Shown: positions 37,730 to 48,483 of the stretch, piece after piece
Layout of the letters: each line of letters starts with the position of its first letter
How positions within the stretch are numbered: position 1 is the first letter of the stretch
NCBI GenBank assembly: GCA_040766985.1
Contig: JAXGPL010000014.1
Location: 8,239 to 72,238, forward strand
Reading direction: 5' to 3'
Length of the DNA: 64,000 bases
Source: Bacillota bacterium
Lineage (GTDB): Bacteria > Bacillota > Sulfobacillia > JAUYEG01
Translations under genes and position numbers: made by a program
Notes under the pieces: model-generated
Told to the model about the DNA's origin: nothing
The model's input: the letters and a program-made list of their open reading frames with translations, nothing else
Databases searched by the model: none

Positions 37730-39972
37730 GCCTCGGTCTCGATGATCAATCGCAGCGTCTGGCGCCGCACCACCAGCACTTGCTGGCGGAGCTGACGGCC
37801 GATGCGCGTTACGGCGGCGATGCAGCCGCCAGCGAGTTGATCGGCCGCGCTTTCAGGTTCGCCGCTGAGGCGCACGCCGGCCAGCGCCGCGAATCGGGAG
37901 AAGAGTTCTTCCTTCACCCGTACCAGGTGGCCATGATCCTGGCCGGACTCGGCATGGATGCCAAGACCATCGCGGCGGGGTTGCTTCACGACACCGTTGA
38001 GGACGCGGGGACGACCCTCGAGCAAATCCAGGCCGGTTTCGGCCCGGAAGTGGCGGAGCTCGTTGACGGGGTTACCAAACTCAGCCGTATCGAGTTCAGG
38101 TTTCAGGAAGATGCTCAGGTCGAGAACCTGCGCAAGATGTTCCTGGCGATGGCGCGCGACCTGCGGGTGCCCGTGATCAAGCTCGCGGACCGGCTGCACA
38201 ACATGCGGACGGTCGGCGCGCTCCCGCCGGACCGGCGTGTCAAGATGGCGGACGAAACGCTGGACATCTTCGCCCCGCTCGCGCACCGGCTCGGCATCTA
38301 CCACCTTAAGATGGAACTCGAAGATCTGGCCCTTCGCGTCCTACACCCCGATACCTACCACGACCTCGTGCTCATGGTGGCGAAGAAGCGCGAGGCCCGC
38401 GAGGACTACACCAGCCAGGTCATCGACGTCATCCGGGAGCGCCTGGACGGCGCGGGCATTGAGGCGGAGGTCCAGGGACGCGCCAAGCATTTCTACAGCA
38501 TCTACCGCAAGATGTACGAGCAGGGGAAGGACCTATCGCAGATCTACGACTTGATCGCCATCCGCATCATCGTAGGCACTGTGCGCGACTGCTACGCGGC
38601 TCTGGGGACGGTTCACGCGCTCTGGAAACCGCTGCCCGGGCGCTTCAAGGACTACATCGCCATGCCCAAGGCGAACATGTACCAGTCGCTGCACACCACG
38701 GTCATCGGCCCGGATGGCGAGCCGTTCGAAATGCAGATCCGGACCCGCGAGATGCACCAGACGGCCGAGTATGGCATCGCGGCGCACTGGCTCTACAAAG
38801 AGGGAAGCCGCGAGGACCGGGAATTCCAGGCCAAGCTGGCCTCGCTGCGCCGGGCCCTGGAGGAAGGCCGTGACCTGGTTGACGCCCAGGATTACCTGGA
38901 GTCGATCAAGGGCGACCTGTTCGGGGACAAGGTCTATGTCTTCACACCCAAGGGCGACGTCATCGACCTGCCGCTCGGCGCGACGCCGATCGATTTCGCC
39001 TACGCCGTGCATACCGAGGTAGGCCACCGTTGCTCCGGGGCCAAAGTCAACGGCAGGATGGTCCCGCTCAATTACCACCTGCGCAACGGCGACATGGTCG
39101 AAATCCTGACCGGACGCCAGGCCCAGCCCAGCCGCGACTGGCTGACCACGGCGGCGACTTCGGGGGCCCGGAGCAAGATCCGCCTCTGGTTCAAGCGCGA
39201 GAAACGGGAGGACAACATTGCCCGGGGGCAGGACCTGCTGGAAAAAGAGGTGCGGCGGCAAGGCGCCAACCCGGACGCCCTCCTTGTCTCGGACCTCCTG
39301 CGCCCGGTGGCGAGCAAGTTCGGCTATGCGGAGATCGACGACCTGTATGCGGGGGTGGGTTACGGCGGTTTCACGGCGAGCAACATTGTCAAACGCCTGC
39401 TCGAAGAGGAACGCAGGTTCCGGCGCCAGCAAGAGAAACTGCTCTCCGTCGCCGAAATGGCCGCCCAGGAAACCATCCAGCCCGCCGCCAGGCCCAGTGG
39501 CGCGCCGCCGCCGTTCGGCGTCCGCGTCCGCGGCGAGCCGAACATGCTGGTGCGCTTCGGCCGTTGCTGCAACCCGCTGCCCGGTGACCCGGTCCTTGGT
39601 TACATCACCCGCGGCCGGGGGGTGACCGTCCATCGTGTGGGCTGTCCCAGCCTGGCCCACGCTGAACCCGATCGGCTGATCGAGGTAAGCTGGGATCGCT
39701 CTCTTGACACGACGTTCCCGGTGGGGCTTGAGGTACGGGCGACCGACCGCCCCGGGCTGTTCCGCGACGTCACCAACGTCATTGGCGACACGCGCACCAA
39801 CATCCAGTCGGCCACAGCGGGCAGCGACCGCGACGGCCACGCGGTCATCGAGATGGTGTTGAGCATCCGCAGCCAGGAGCACCTGCGCCACATCGTCCGC
39901 CGGATCGAACGGGTCAAGGACGTCTACGAGGTGCGCCGCGCGGGGGCCGAGTCGCCCCGCCCGGTGGAGTGA
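37726..39972 (+). CDS. relA: Bifunctional (p)ppGpp synthetase/hydrolase RelA/SpoT (Rel)
   Basis: 748 aa starting with a GTGA overlap with recJ. It has the HD hydrolase domain (HPYQVA...LHDTVED), the synthetase domain (HFYSIYRKM...[18 protein letters not shown]) and TGS ([14 protein letters not shown]). A zinc finger ([12 protein letters not shown]) and ACT follow. Confidence 0.93.
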   Translation: MSLGLDDQSQRLAPHHQHLLAELTADARYGGDAAASELIGRAFRFAAEAHAGQRRESGEEFFLHPYQVAMILAGLGMDAKTIAAGLLHDTVEDAGTTLEQIQAGFGPEVAELVDGVTKLSRIEFRFQEDAQVENLRKMFLAMARDLRVPVIKLADRLHNMRTVGALPPDRRVKMADETLDIFAPLAHRLGIYHLKMELEDLALRVLHPDTYHDLVLMVAKKREAREDYTSQVIDVIRERLDGAGIEAEVQGRAKHFYSIYRKMYEQGKDLSQIYDLIAIRIIVGTVRDCYAALGTVHALWKPLPGRFKDYIAMPKANMYQSLHTTVIGPDGEPFEMQIRTREMHQTAEYGIAAHWLYKEGSREDREFQAKLASLRRALEEGRDLVDAQDYLESIKGDLFGDKVYVFTPKGDVIDLPLGATPIDFAYAVHTEVGHRCSGAKVNGRMVPLNYHLRNGDMVEILTGRQAQPSRDWLTTAATSGARSKIRLWFKREKREDNIARGQDLLEKEVRRQGANPDALLVSDLLRPVASKFGYAEIDDLYAGVGYGGFTASNIVKRLLEEERRFRRQQEKLLSVAEMAAQETIQPAARPSGAPPPFGVRVRGEPNMLVRFGRCCNPLPGDPVLGYITRGRGVTVHRVGCPSLAHAEPDRLIEVSWDRSLDTTFPVGLEVRATDRPGLFRDVTNVIGDTRTNIQSATAGSDRDGHAVIEMVLSIRSQEHLRHIVRRIERVKDVYEVRRAGAESPRPVE

Positions 39973-39985
39973 GGAGGATTGCAGC

Positions 39986-40432
39986 ATGCGTTTGGTCATT
40001 CAGCGGGCAGCGGAGGCTTGGGTGAGGGTCGAGGGCGATGAAATCGCGCGCATCGGCCCCGGCCTTGCCATATTGGTTGGCGTCGGACGCGACGACGAGG
40101 ACCGCGATGCCCTCTGGCTTGCGGAAAAGACCGTCAACCTGCGTATCTTTGAGGACCAGGACGGCAAGCTCAACCTCTCGTTGCTTGAAACCGGCGGCGA
40201 ACTGCTCGCCGTCTCCCAGTTCACGCTGTTCGGCGACTGCCGCCGCGGCCGCCGCCCCAGCTTCTCCGACGCCGCCCCGCCCGACCAGGGTTTGCGCATC
40301 TTCGAAAGGTACGTCGAGGCATGTAGGGAGACGGGCGTCAAGGTGGCGACGGGCCGGTTTGGTGCCCACATGCAGGTTCACCTGACCAACGACGGGCCGG
40401 TGACACTGATCCTCGACAGCAGGGCGGGGTGA
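39986..40432 (+). CDS. dtd: D-aminoacyl-tRNA deacylase
   Basis: 148 aa. [16 protein letters not shown] and the C-terminal [11 protein letters not shown] motif are present. Confidence 0.9.
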   Translation: MRLVIQRAAEAWVRVEGDEIARIGPGLAILVGVGRDDEDRDALWLAEKTVNLRIFEDQDGKLNLSLLETGGELLAVSQFTLFGDCRRGRRPSFSDAAPPDQGLRIFERYVEACRETGVKVATGRFGAHMQVHLTNDGPVTLILDSRAG

Positions 40433-40439
40433 GGACGGG

Positions 40440-41090
40440 ATGAAGGCCCGCAGGCCAGCGCTGCCGGATTGGGTCACGGTCCTGCCTGTCGGTCAACTGG
40501 CGACCAACTGTTACGCCGTCCACCAAGAGGGCCTTGCCCTGATCGACCCGGGCGGCGACCCGATCGCCGTCGAGGCCGCCGCGCGACTGGAGCAGGTCCT
40601 TCTGACGCATGCCCACGGCGATCACTGGGCGGCCTTACCGGCGCTGCTTCGCGCTTACCCGGATTGTCTGGTGGCCGCCAGCGATTCTGCGATGGGGTGG
40701 CTCGGGCAGGCAGAACTCAATCTCTCAGGTTGGATGGGGCCGCCCGCGACCCTGCTGCCCAAGCACCCTCTGGCGCTCACCGACGGGGACCGGATCCTGG
40801 CCGGCGGAGTTGAGTTCGGCGTGATCGCCACGCCTGGACACACTCCCGGGTGCCTATCCTTCTTCGCGGACGGCGACCCCCCGGTGCTGTTCTCGGGCGA
40901 TGCCCTATTCCGGAGTTCGGTGGGCAGGACCGACCTGCCCGGCGGGTCATGGCCGGCGCTGGCGCAATCCCTGCGCAGGCTGGCCCAATTACCATCCACC
41001 ACGATCGTCCTGCCCGGTCACGGCGAGCCCACGACCATCGGGCGGGAGGTGGCCGGCAACGAGTACCTCCGGCGGGCGATCCGGGGCTAG
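40440..41090 (+). CDS. MBL-fold metallo-hydrolase (glyoxalase II-like)
   Basis: 216 aa with the THAHGDH motif, TPGHTPG, and GDALF...GRTDLPGG. Confidence 0.85.
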   Translation: MKARRPALPDWVTVLPVGQLATNCYAVHQEGLALIDPGGDPIAVEAAARLEQVLLTHAHGDHWAALPALLRAYPDCLVAASDSAMGWLGQAELNLSGWMGPPATLLPKHPLALTDGDRILAGGVEFGVIATPGHTPGCLSFFADGDPPVLFSGDALFRSSVGRTDLPGGSWPALAQSLRRLAQLPSTTIVLPGHGEPTTIGREVAGNEYLRRAIRG

Positions 41091-41145
41091 CGTCCAGGGT
41101 GCCGGGGCCGGCCGCGCTCCGCGTCGGCTGCTGGCCACCCTTGCC

Positions 41146-43014
41146 TTGGCGATGGCTGTCGTCGCGTCAAGCGCAGCCGCCGGGGTTGCGTGGGTTTCCA
41201 GGGACTTCGCTCTGCAGCGACTCCAACCCGCTGCCCTCCACGGCATCGCGGCGCGCTCGCCGGCGCAGCCGCCGCAGGGCCTTGCCCTGGACTTTTCGGA
41301 CTATCCCACGAGCGCAGCCGTTGTAGCATTCTGTCACCAATTGGCTGCTGCATACCCGCACCTCGTCCAGGTGGTCGAGCTGGGGGCGAGCTATCTTGGC
41401 CGGCCCATCCTCGCGCTCGAGGTCGGCAGCCGGCTCGGTAGCGATCCGGCGCAACGCCCCGCCCTGCAGATGGATGGCCAGCATCACGCGCGAGAGCCCA
41501 TCGGGCAGCAAGCCGTGCTCTACACGGTATGGCATCTGGTCAGCAGCTACGGGAGCGACCCGCTCGCTACGCACTTGCTCGACACCCGGACGCTCTACGC
41601 CGTTCCGTGCGTCAACCCGGACGGCAACGACTTCTTCCTCGAGTCCTATTATCCACAGCGCAAGAACCTGCGGCCGCTCGACGACGACGGCGACGGGCCC
41701 GCGGACGAGGATTGGCCGGCCGGGGTTTCGACCTGGGACGTATACCAGGTCTACGAGGTTCGCCTTAGCCGGACTTGGCTGGCCGCCCACCGCAACAATC
41801 CCTTCGAGCAAGGCTGGCGCAACGCAGCCCGATCCAGGTACCTGGGCTATTACGACGAGGTCCGTGGGGATTTCCTGGTGCACGCCGACCCCGACGGAGA
41901 CGGCAAATCCCTTGAGGATCAACCGGGAGGGGTCGACCTCAACCGCAACTACCCCGTCGGATGGGAAAAGTGCAACCCGGCCCTGCGCAGCAACCTCTAC
42001 CGCGGCGAAGCCCCGTTCAGCGAGCCGGAAACCCAGGCTCTCCGCACCCTGATCGAAGGCCGCCCCAACATCCGCCTGGCCGTCTCCTATCACTCCGGAG
42101 ACGACCGCCTCGCGATACCCGGGGTGGACGAAGGCCCCGGCGCCGACGCCGGCCTGCTTGAGCTGGTGGGCATCAAGGCGTCCCAGCTAACGGAGGCCTC
42201 GGGCTACCGGGGCACGCCGCACCAGCACGGCACGCCCGTGGCTTCCGGCGAAACCCGTGCCTGGCTCTACGAACAGGGCATCCTGGCGTGGCTGGTAGAG
42301 GCGTACCTTGACGAGGGACCAGTGAAATACCGGTGGGTCGACCGCGAACAGGGCATCCTCCGCGCCTACGAACACATCGGGCTCCGCTTCAACCCCCCGC
42401 CCACCGGGATCCTCGACGTCTGCCGGAGGTGGCTTGATCTCAACCTGTACCTGCTGGCCGCGGTACCGTGTCCGCGGCCCTGTCCGCCCTTGTTGGACGG
42501 ATCAACGCTTAGCCTGGGCATTCACAACGACGGCTTCGTTTCGGTTGGCGTCCACTGTGAGGTTGCCGTCGGCGGCGGCCCACCGGTCTTTGCGCGCAGA
42601 CTCGAAGGAGGGCCTTGCGAACCGGGCATGTGCAGCGGCTCTGGGGAACTGGGGGCCGCTTCCGGCAACCCGGGTTGGATGCTCCGCATCCAGATGGACC
42701 CTCCTTCCATCCAGGCTCTCGCGGAGAGAGAGGACCTTACGGTCACCCTGCGCGTGGACGGGGCAAGCCGCGAACACCCGGGGCCCCCTTTGGTCGCGTC
42801 CTCCTGTTGGCGGCTAGACCCAAAGAGCGGGTCTTTCGTCCTGGCCGACCGGGACGCGGCGGGCGCGGCGGGCGGGGCAGGACAGCCGCCCGGGGAGTTG
42901 TTCGACCTTGGGGCGGCGTTCGGCGAGGGCGGATGGTTCGCGGATCCGGCGGTCTGGGACCGGGAGGTCTACCACATGGGACGCATCCCGCGCCCGCGTG
43001 AGGTAGTGCCCTGA
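41146..43014 (+). CDS. M14 family zinc carboxypeptidase (secreted)
   Basis: A signal-like stretch LATLALAMAVVASSAAA precedes GQHHAREPIG (the HxxE zinc motif). NPDGND, DLNRNYP and YHSG follow. The start is uncertain (41092-41152); the track ORF from 40900 overlaps the MBL gene and is too long. Confidence 0.75.
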   Translation: MAMAVVASSAAAGVAWVSRDFALQRLQPAALHGIAARSPAQPPQGLALDFSDYPTSAAVVAFCHQLAAAYPHLVQVVELGASYLGRPILALEVGSRLGSDPAQRPALQMDGQHHAREPIGQQAVLYTVWHLVSSYGSDPLATHLLDTRTLYAVPCVNPDGNDFFLESYYPQRKNLRPLDDDGDGPADEDWPAGVSTWDVYQVYEVRLSRTWLAAHRNNPFEQGWRNAARSRYLGYYDEVRGDFLVHADPDGDGKSLEDQPGGVDLNRNYPVGWEKCNPALRSNLYRGEAPFSEPETQALRTLIEGRPNIRLAVSYHSGDDRLAIPGVDEGPGADAGLLELVGIKASQLTEASGYRGTPHQHGTPVASGETRAWLYEQGILAWLVEAYLDEGPVKYRWVDREQGILRAYEHIGLRFNPPPTGILDVCRRWLDLNLYLLAAVPCPRPCPPLLDGSTLSLGIHNDGFVSVGVHCEVAVGGGPPVFARRLEGGPCEPGMCSGSGELGAASGNPGWMLRIQMDPPSIQALAEREDLTVTLRVDGASREHPGPPLVASSCWRLDPKSGSFVLADRDAAGAAGGAGQPPGELFDLGAAFGEGGWFADPAVWDREVYHMGRIPRPREVVP

Positions 43015-43071
43015 TCGGGCAAGGCAATACCAGACCGAAGGGAGCGCCATCTCAGCAGGCAGGCGCCTTCG

Positions 43072-44589
43072 TCAGAACGCAAGCACCCGCGGAAGCAATT
43101 CGACCAGCCCGGTCACCAACCACGGCGCGGTGATGTTGCGGGTGCGCATGAAGAGGTACCCGGCAAGGGCGTGCGAAACCGGCACCACCAACAGCCCCTC
43201 CATTAGCAGCGGCTCAAGCTGGCGTCCCGCCGCACCGTACCCGATGAGCCCGGCGCCGAGGTAGGCTAGCCCCCCGATGGCGGCCGGCACAAGTATGGCG
43301 CCGATCCGCCCCACGTACCTCTCCAATGACGTCTGGGCAACCCCCCGCAGCAGCAGTTCGCGTGCCGGGGCCACCAGCAGCAGCGCTCGGAAGACGTTGA
43401 GTATCCAGCTCGCCGGCGAAAGCGGGCGCAGCCCGCTCGGGTAGCCGATCGAACCCGCGACCACGAGGTAGAAACCGACCAGTACACCTGCCAGAATGCT
43501 TGTCTTGACCGCCCTGCCGGTCAGCCCGAGGTGCGCCCCTGGGATCCGGGACCGCCATGCCCATGCTCCGAGGATCACGGCGAGCAGGATCTCGACGATG
43601 TACGTCGGCTGGCTCTTGCCGAACAGCGCCGCCGCTAGAAGATAGCTGATCAGGTATCCCCCGAGGACGGCGAGGGGGAGCGTCGGCGGGGCGAAGGCTG
43701 TGCCGGGCATCAACACGGGCCGCAAGGGCAATCCACCGCCCGAAGCGTCGGCGCGGAGGCCCCATTCGGGTTCCTTGATATGCAGCGTGAGCGCGAAACA
43801 CAGGACCCACAGCATGGCCCCAAGGACGACATACAGCAAGATCGTGACGAGCAGGACCGGTTCGGTGTAAAGCTGCGGGAACGCGGGCGCGCCCCGCCCG
43901 GGGTGGGGGAACGAGAGTGTGCGGAGCAGAGGTTTTTCAAGCTCAAGCACAACGCGCGGTCCCTCGACGTAGTCGACCCGCCCGAAGCTCACGGTATAGA
44001 CGCGGACCGAGGTCGGGCTGGACGGCGGCGCGCCGGGTGAAGGCCGGCCGAACATCGACAGCAGCCCCGGGTCCTGCGCCTGCAGGTCGAGGACGTCCTG
44101 GGCGAGCCTGATGTGCTCCGGGTCCTCGGCGGGCCGTGCCTTGGCGAGGTCCTTGAGGCGTTCGAGCGATTGGTAGGTTGCGGGAAGGTAAAGGACCTCG
44201 AAGTCCTCCCGGAATTCAGCCGTTCCCAACGCCTGGGAAAGCTCGGCAGCCAGGTCGGGGGGCAGGTCAAGCTTGGCCCACCCCAGGCCGAAGACTACAG
44301 CGCCCGAAACCTCGCCTCGCACCAGCGCCGGGACGATCATCCCGGCCTCGATGTCGAGCGCAAGGTACTCGGTATCAAGGTGCAGGCGGTCAAAGGCTAA
44401 CGCCTCAGAGCCTGCGTACTCCTGGCCGAGGACGTTGCTGCGCATCGGATTGAGCCAGGCCAAAAGCACGGAGACTACCCCAAGGCCGAAGACTATCGCC
44501 ATGGCGTAAACAATCATCACCGCCGGGCCGTGGGTGCGGACGACGGGCAGGCGCAGTTGGCGGAGTCGTTTCACCGGGCAGGCCCCCAA
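43072..44589 (-). CDS. CPBP family intramembrane glutamic endopeptidase (CAAX protease-like) with a large N-terminal domain
   Basis: 505 aa. The C-terminal polytopic region carries ARELLLRGV (an EExxxR-like motif) and further TM helices with a conserved His. No family is recognised for the N-terminal ~250 aa. Confidence 0.6.
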   Translation of the reverse strand: MGACPVKRLRQLRLPVVRTHGPAVMIVYAMAIVFGLGVVSVLLAWLNPMRSNVLGQEYAGSEALAFDRLHLDTEYLALDIEAGMIVPALVRGEVSGAVVFGLGWAKLDLPPDLAAELSQALGTAEFREDFEVLYLPATYQSLERLKDLAKARPAEDPEHIRLAQDVLDLQAQDPGLLSMFGRPSPGAPPSSPTSVRVYTVSFGRVDYVEGPRVVLELEKPLLRTLSFPHPGRGAPAFPQLYTEPVLLVTILLYVVLGAMLWVLCFALTLHIKEPEWGLRADASGGGLPLRPVLMPGTAFAPPTLPLAVLGGYLISYLLAAALFGKSQPTYIVEILLAVILGAWAWRSRIPGAHLGLTGRAVKTSILAGVLVGFYLVVAGSIGYPSGLRPLSPASWILNVFRALLLVAPARELLLRGVAQTSLERYVGRIGAILVPAAIGGLAYLGAGLIGYGAAGRQLEPLLMEGLLVVPVSHALAGYLFMRTRNITAPWLVTGLVELLPRVLAF

Positions 44590-44673
44590 TGAGGCGCCGG
44601 GGTGCGAAGGGTGGGCGCCACAACTCCACCCTGTTAGCTGCAGCGGGTGAAGTTTCCTGCCGCACGATGTGGT

Positions 44674-44703
44674 TTGACAAGCCCGAAGCGGGCTAAGTAC
44701 AAT
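44674..44703 (+). promoter_or_regulatory. Candidate sigma-A promoter of the hisS-aspS operon
   Basis: TTGACA (44674-44679), an 18-nt spacer, then TACAAT (44698-44703), about 55 nt upstream of hisS. Confidence 0.45.
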
Positions 44704-44758
44704 ACTCTCGGCTGAGACGCCGGGCCCCGCCCGGCGTTACTTGCATGGAGGGATAGCA

Positions 44759-46066
44759 GTGCCTTTGCTCACCCACCGTCCCCGCGGCACCGTTGACGTT
44801 CTCCCCCGGGAAATGCACCGGTGGCACTATGTCGAAGCGGCCATCCGCGACGTTTGTGCCCGCTTTGGTTTCGACGAGATCCGCACGCCTCTGATCGAGC
44901 ACGCGGAGCTGTACGTCCGCACGACCGGCGAGACCACGGACCTCCTTGAGAAGGAGACCTACACCTTCGAGGACCGCGGCGGCCGCAGCCTGACTTTGAG
45001 GCCTGAAGGCACGCCGGGGGTGGCGAGGGCTTTTCTGGAGAACGGGCTGCAGAACGAGCCGATGCCGGCCAAGTTCTACTACCTCGGCCCGATGTTCCGT
45101 TACGAGCGGCCCCAGGCGGGCAGGTACCGGCAGCACACGCAGTTCGGCGTGGAGATTTTCGGTGCGCCCGGCCCCGAGGCGGACCTTGAGGTCATGCTGA
45201 TCGCCGTCACGTTCTTCCGCAGCCTCGGTCTCAGTTCGCTCACCGTGCACCTCAACTCCATTGGCTGCCCGTCATGCCGTCCGGCCTACCGCCAGACCCT
45301 GATTGACTACTACCGCGCACACCGGGCGGAGCTGTGCCCGGACTGCCGCCGGCGCCTTGAGCGTAACCCGCTGCGCCTCCTGGACTGCAAGGAGGAAGGC
45401 TGCCAGCCCCTCAAACAGGCTGCGCCCAGCTCGATCGCGCACCTTTGCCCCGACTGCGCCACGCACTTCTCGCGGCTGCGATCCCTGCTGGAGCGTTTCG
45501 GTCTCGACTACACACTCGACCCCACGCTAGTGCGGGGGCTCGATTACTACACGCGGACCATTTTCGAGATCATCTATCAGGGGCTGGGTGCGCAGGGGAC
45601 GGTTTGCGGCGGGGGACGCTACGACGGGCTCATCGAGGCGGTCGGGGGACCCTCTGTCGCGGGCGTCGGCTACGGAATAGGCCTTGAAAGGGTCCTGCTC
45701 ACCCTCGAAAAAGAGAATATAGCGCTGCCACCGGCGCGCGGGACAGAGATGTTCCTTGCCGTCGCAGGTTCTGGGGCGGGAGGCGGGGACGCGCTGGCAG
45801 ACCGGGTACAGGACCTGCTGTATGACCTCCGCCGGGCAGGGATCGCGGCGGACACCGATGTCCTGGGCCGCAGCCTCCGGCAGCAGATGCGCTACGCCGA
45901 CCGGCGCGGCGCCAAGCTTGTGGTGGTTATCGGCCCCGACGAGTTGGCGTCAGGGCAGGTCAAGGTCAAAAAGATGGCGAGCGGCGAAGAGGTTTCCACG
46001 ACACTTGCCGACCTCGCCGCCGTGGCAAAGAGCCTCCTGGCAACAACCGGCGAAACGGACCGGTAA
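44759..46066 (+). CDS. hisS: Histidine--tRNA ligase
   Basis: A GGAGGG RBS precedes GTG 44759. Class II motifs are present: RGTVDVLP, FRYERPQAGRYRQHTQFGVE, GGGRYDGL and GYGIGLERV. The anticodon-binding domain is also present. Confidence 0.92.
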   Translation: MPLLTHRPRGTVDVLPREMHRWHYVEAAIRDVCARFGFDEIRTPLIEHAELYVRTTGETTDLLEKETYTFEDRGGRSLTLRPEGTPGVARAFLENGLQNEPMPAKFYYLGPMFRYERPQAGRYRQHTQFGVEIFGAPGPEADLEVMLIAVTFFRSLGLSSLTVHLNSIGCPSCRPAYRQTLIDYYRAHRAELCPDCRRRLERNPLRLLDCKEEGCQPLKQAAPSSIAHLCPDCATHFSRLRSLLERFGLDYTLDPTLVRGLDYYTRTIFEIIYQGLGAQGTVCGGGRYDGLIEAVGGPSVAGVGYGIGLERVLLTLEKENIALPPARGTEMFLAVAGSGAGGGDALADRVQDLLYDLRRAGIAADTDVLGRSLRQQMRYADRRGAKLVVVIGPDELASGQVKVKKMASGEEVSTTLADLAAVAKSLLATTGETDR

Positions 46067-46093
46067 GACGTCGGGAGCAAGGGAGGGCCCCGC

Positions 46094-48034
46094 GTGAACT
46101 GGGAAGACAACCACAAGGAGGACAGCCGCAACGGGACCGGAGCGGCCGATTCGCGTGTCAGAAGCAGGTCCCCTCTAAAGTCTGAGCAGGTCGCAGGCGG
46201 GACCAACCGGACGCATTACTGCGGTAGCCTGCGGTCCGCCGACGCTGGTGCGCAGGTCATCCTGGCAGGCTGGGTTGCCCGCCGTCGCGACCTCGGCGGC
46301 CTGATCTTCATCGACCTCCGTGACCGGACAGGCCTCGTGCAACTGGTCTTCGACCCGGCCGAAGCGCCGGAAGCCCACGCCGCAGCCGAGCGCCTGCGCA
46401 GTGAATACGTCATCGCCGTCGGCGGTACCGTCCGCCTTCGCGAGCCCTCCGCCCGCAATACTGCTCTGCCAACCGGCGACGTCGAGGTCCGCCCGGACAT
46501 CGTTGAGGTCCTCAACGAGTCCAAGACCCCGCCCTTTTACCTTACCGACGACCCGGGGGCGGACGAAGCTCTGCGGCTCAAATATCGTTACCTCGACCTT
46601 CGCCGCCTCGCTCTGGCCCGGAGTTTCGCGTTGCGGCACCAGGTGGCCAAGATCACCCGCGACTACTTCGACCGGCTCGGCTTTCTCGAAGTGGAAACCC
46701 CGTCGCTTACCCGCAGCACCCCTGAGGGGGCGCGAGATTTCCTGGTCCCCAGCCGGGTCAACCGCGGCCAGTTCTACGCGCTGCCCCAGTCGCCGCAGCT
46801 GTTCAAGCAACTGCTGATGGTCGGCGGGTTCGACCGCTACTTCCAGCTCGCCAGGTGCTACCGAGACGAGGACCTTCGCGCGGACCGGCAGCCGGAGTTC
46901 ACCCAGATCGACGTGGAAATGTCGTTTATCGACGAGGAAACAATCATGCGGGCAGCTGAGGGGCTGCTACGCGAAATCGTCGAACGCATCGACGGCAGGC
47001 CGTTGCCGCACCGTTTCCCCGCCTGACCTACGAAGAAGCTATGGCCCGCTACGGTTCCGACAGGCCGGACATCCGCTTCGGCATCGAGCCAAAGGACATC
47101 TCTACTCACGCCGCTGCGGCCGAGATGCCCGCCTTCAGGCCGGCGCTGCGGTCGGGCGGTGAGGTGCGCGCCATCGTCGTTCCCGGCGGCGCAGGAGCCA
47201 GCCGCAAGAAGCTTGACCTCTACACCTCGGAGATCACCCGGTTCGGAGCGCGGCCTGGCTGCGGTGCACTACGAGGAGGGCGGCCCGCGATCGTCGTTGA
47301 GCAAGTTCTTCTCAGCCGAGCAATTGGTCCAGTGGGCCACCGCGACAGCAGCTAGGGCAGGGGATTTGCTGCTCGCGGTCGCAGGCCCGCAGAGCGTCGT
47401 CCGCTCCGCGTTGGGCCACCTCCGCCTAGTGGTCGCGCGCGAACTGGGATTTTCCGCCGGAAGGGAACTCGCCTTCGTGTGGGTGACGGATTTCCCGCTG
47501 CTGGAGCCCGGTGACGAACCCGGCCGGCTGTCCGCTGTTCACCACCCGTTCACGTCTGTCAAGCCGGAAGACCGTGAACTGCTCGCCGTGGATCCGTTGG
47601 CGTGCCGTGCGCGGGCCTACGATATCGTGCTCAACGGCGTCGAACTCGGCGGCGGCAGCATCCGCAACCACCGCCGCGACATGCAGATGGAGCTATTCAC
47701 CGCGATGGGAATGGCTGAGCCCGAGGCTGAGGAGCGCTTTGGGTTCCTGCTTGAAGCGCTTGAGTACGGCGCCCCCCCGCATGGCGGGATCGCGCTTGGG
47801 CTCGACCGCATCGTGATGATGTTGGGCGGCATGGAGAGCATCCGCGACTGCATTGCATTCCCCAAAACCACGAGCGCCAGTTGTCTTATGACCGGAGCGC
47901 CCGCGGCAGTCGACGCGGTGCAACTGGCGGAACTGGGCTTACAGACCGCCCCGCCGGCTGTGGCGGCAAACCGCCCTCCGGAGGCGGCCGCCGGCCCGCC
48001 GGCTGACGCGGCGCCGCGGGACGAGAATCATTGA
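46094..48034 (+). CDS. aspS: Aspartate--tRNA ligase; two to three frameshifts in this assembly
   Basis: A GGGAGGG RBS precedes GTG 46094. [48 protein letters not shown] and [19 protein letters not shown] lie in 46094-47026. The frame then switches through 47041-47355 to 47159-48034. That last piece contains [28 protein letters not shown] and [15 protein letters not shown]. Confidence 0.9.
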
Positions 48035-48085
48035 TAGCTGGCGTTTGATTTGTGACCGTCGCTCAAGGTGTGCTAAAATTGCATT

Positions 48086-48360
48086 GGCGAGCGGCCCACC
48101 AGTGGGCCGCGAGGCAGGCACCCTGCTGTGCACGCATAGATCCGGCAATGTGATTGAGCCAACATCATCACATTGGGAGCCGGGCTCCGCGCGCGGCTCG
48201 CAGGCCCCCCGCATCCGGCTCCGGCTGGAGCGTGTGGGGACGCGAAAAACGCGCGGGAGGGCACCCACCTGCTTAGAGCAGGTTCAAGACACCCGGATTA
48301 ACGACATGGCGGGGTGCTTGTCTTTTTGCCTCACCCGCGGCGGCGTTAGCCGGCCGCTAC
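48086..48360 (+). ncRNA. ssrS: Candidate 6S RNA (SsrS-like) downstream of aspS
   Basis: An extended -10 TGcTAAAAT lies at 48071-48079. About 250-270 nt of non-coding, highly structured sequence follows. Hairpins include GCGGCCCA-ccag-TGGGCCGC and CAATGTGAT-N12-ATCACATTG. CACCTGCT-tag-AGCAGGTTCAAG parallels the E. coli 6S segment CACCUUGAACCAAGGGUUCAAGG. Nested distal pairings are AGCGGCC/GGCCGCT, GCCGCG/CGCGGC, GAGGC/GCCTC and GCACCC/GGGTGC. A stem plus TCTTTTT lies at 48283-48335. From memory, B. subtilis 6S-1 RNA also lies just downstream of aspS. Confidence 0.4.
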
Positions 48361-48483
48361 CCGGCCGAAGCAGGAGCGCGGAGCCCCAATCGATAAGTGC
48401 AGTCCAAACGACGCCGGGGCGCGCCAGCGCCGCCGGCGAGGGGGCCCAATCAATTGAGCAGTCCAGTCCAAACCAAGCAGCCG

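Noticed and set aside
40900-41145. 5' extension of the M14 peptidase ORF
   Set aside because: It overlaps the 3' end of the MBL hydrolase gene in another frame. The signal-peptide-like segment, and therefore the likely start, lies just after the MBL stop.
44590-44758. T-box leader upstream of hisS-aspS
   Set aside because: The leader from the putative promoter to the hisS start is only about 55 nt, and it contains no T-box (GGUGGUACCGCG-like) sequence. The alaS leader, by contrast, does contain one.
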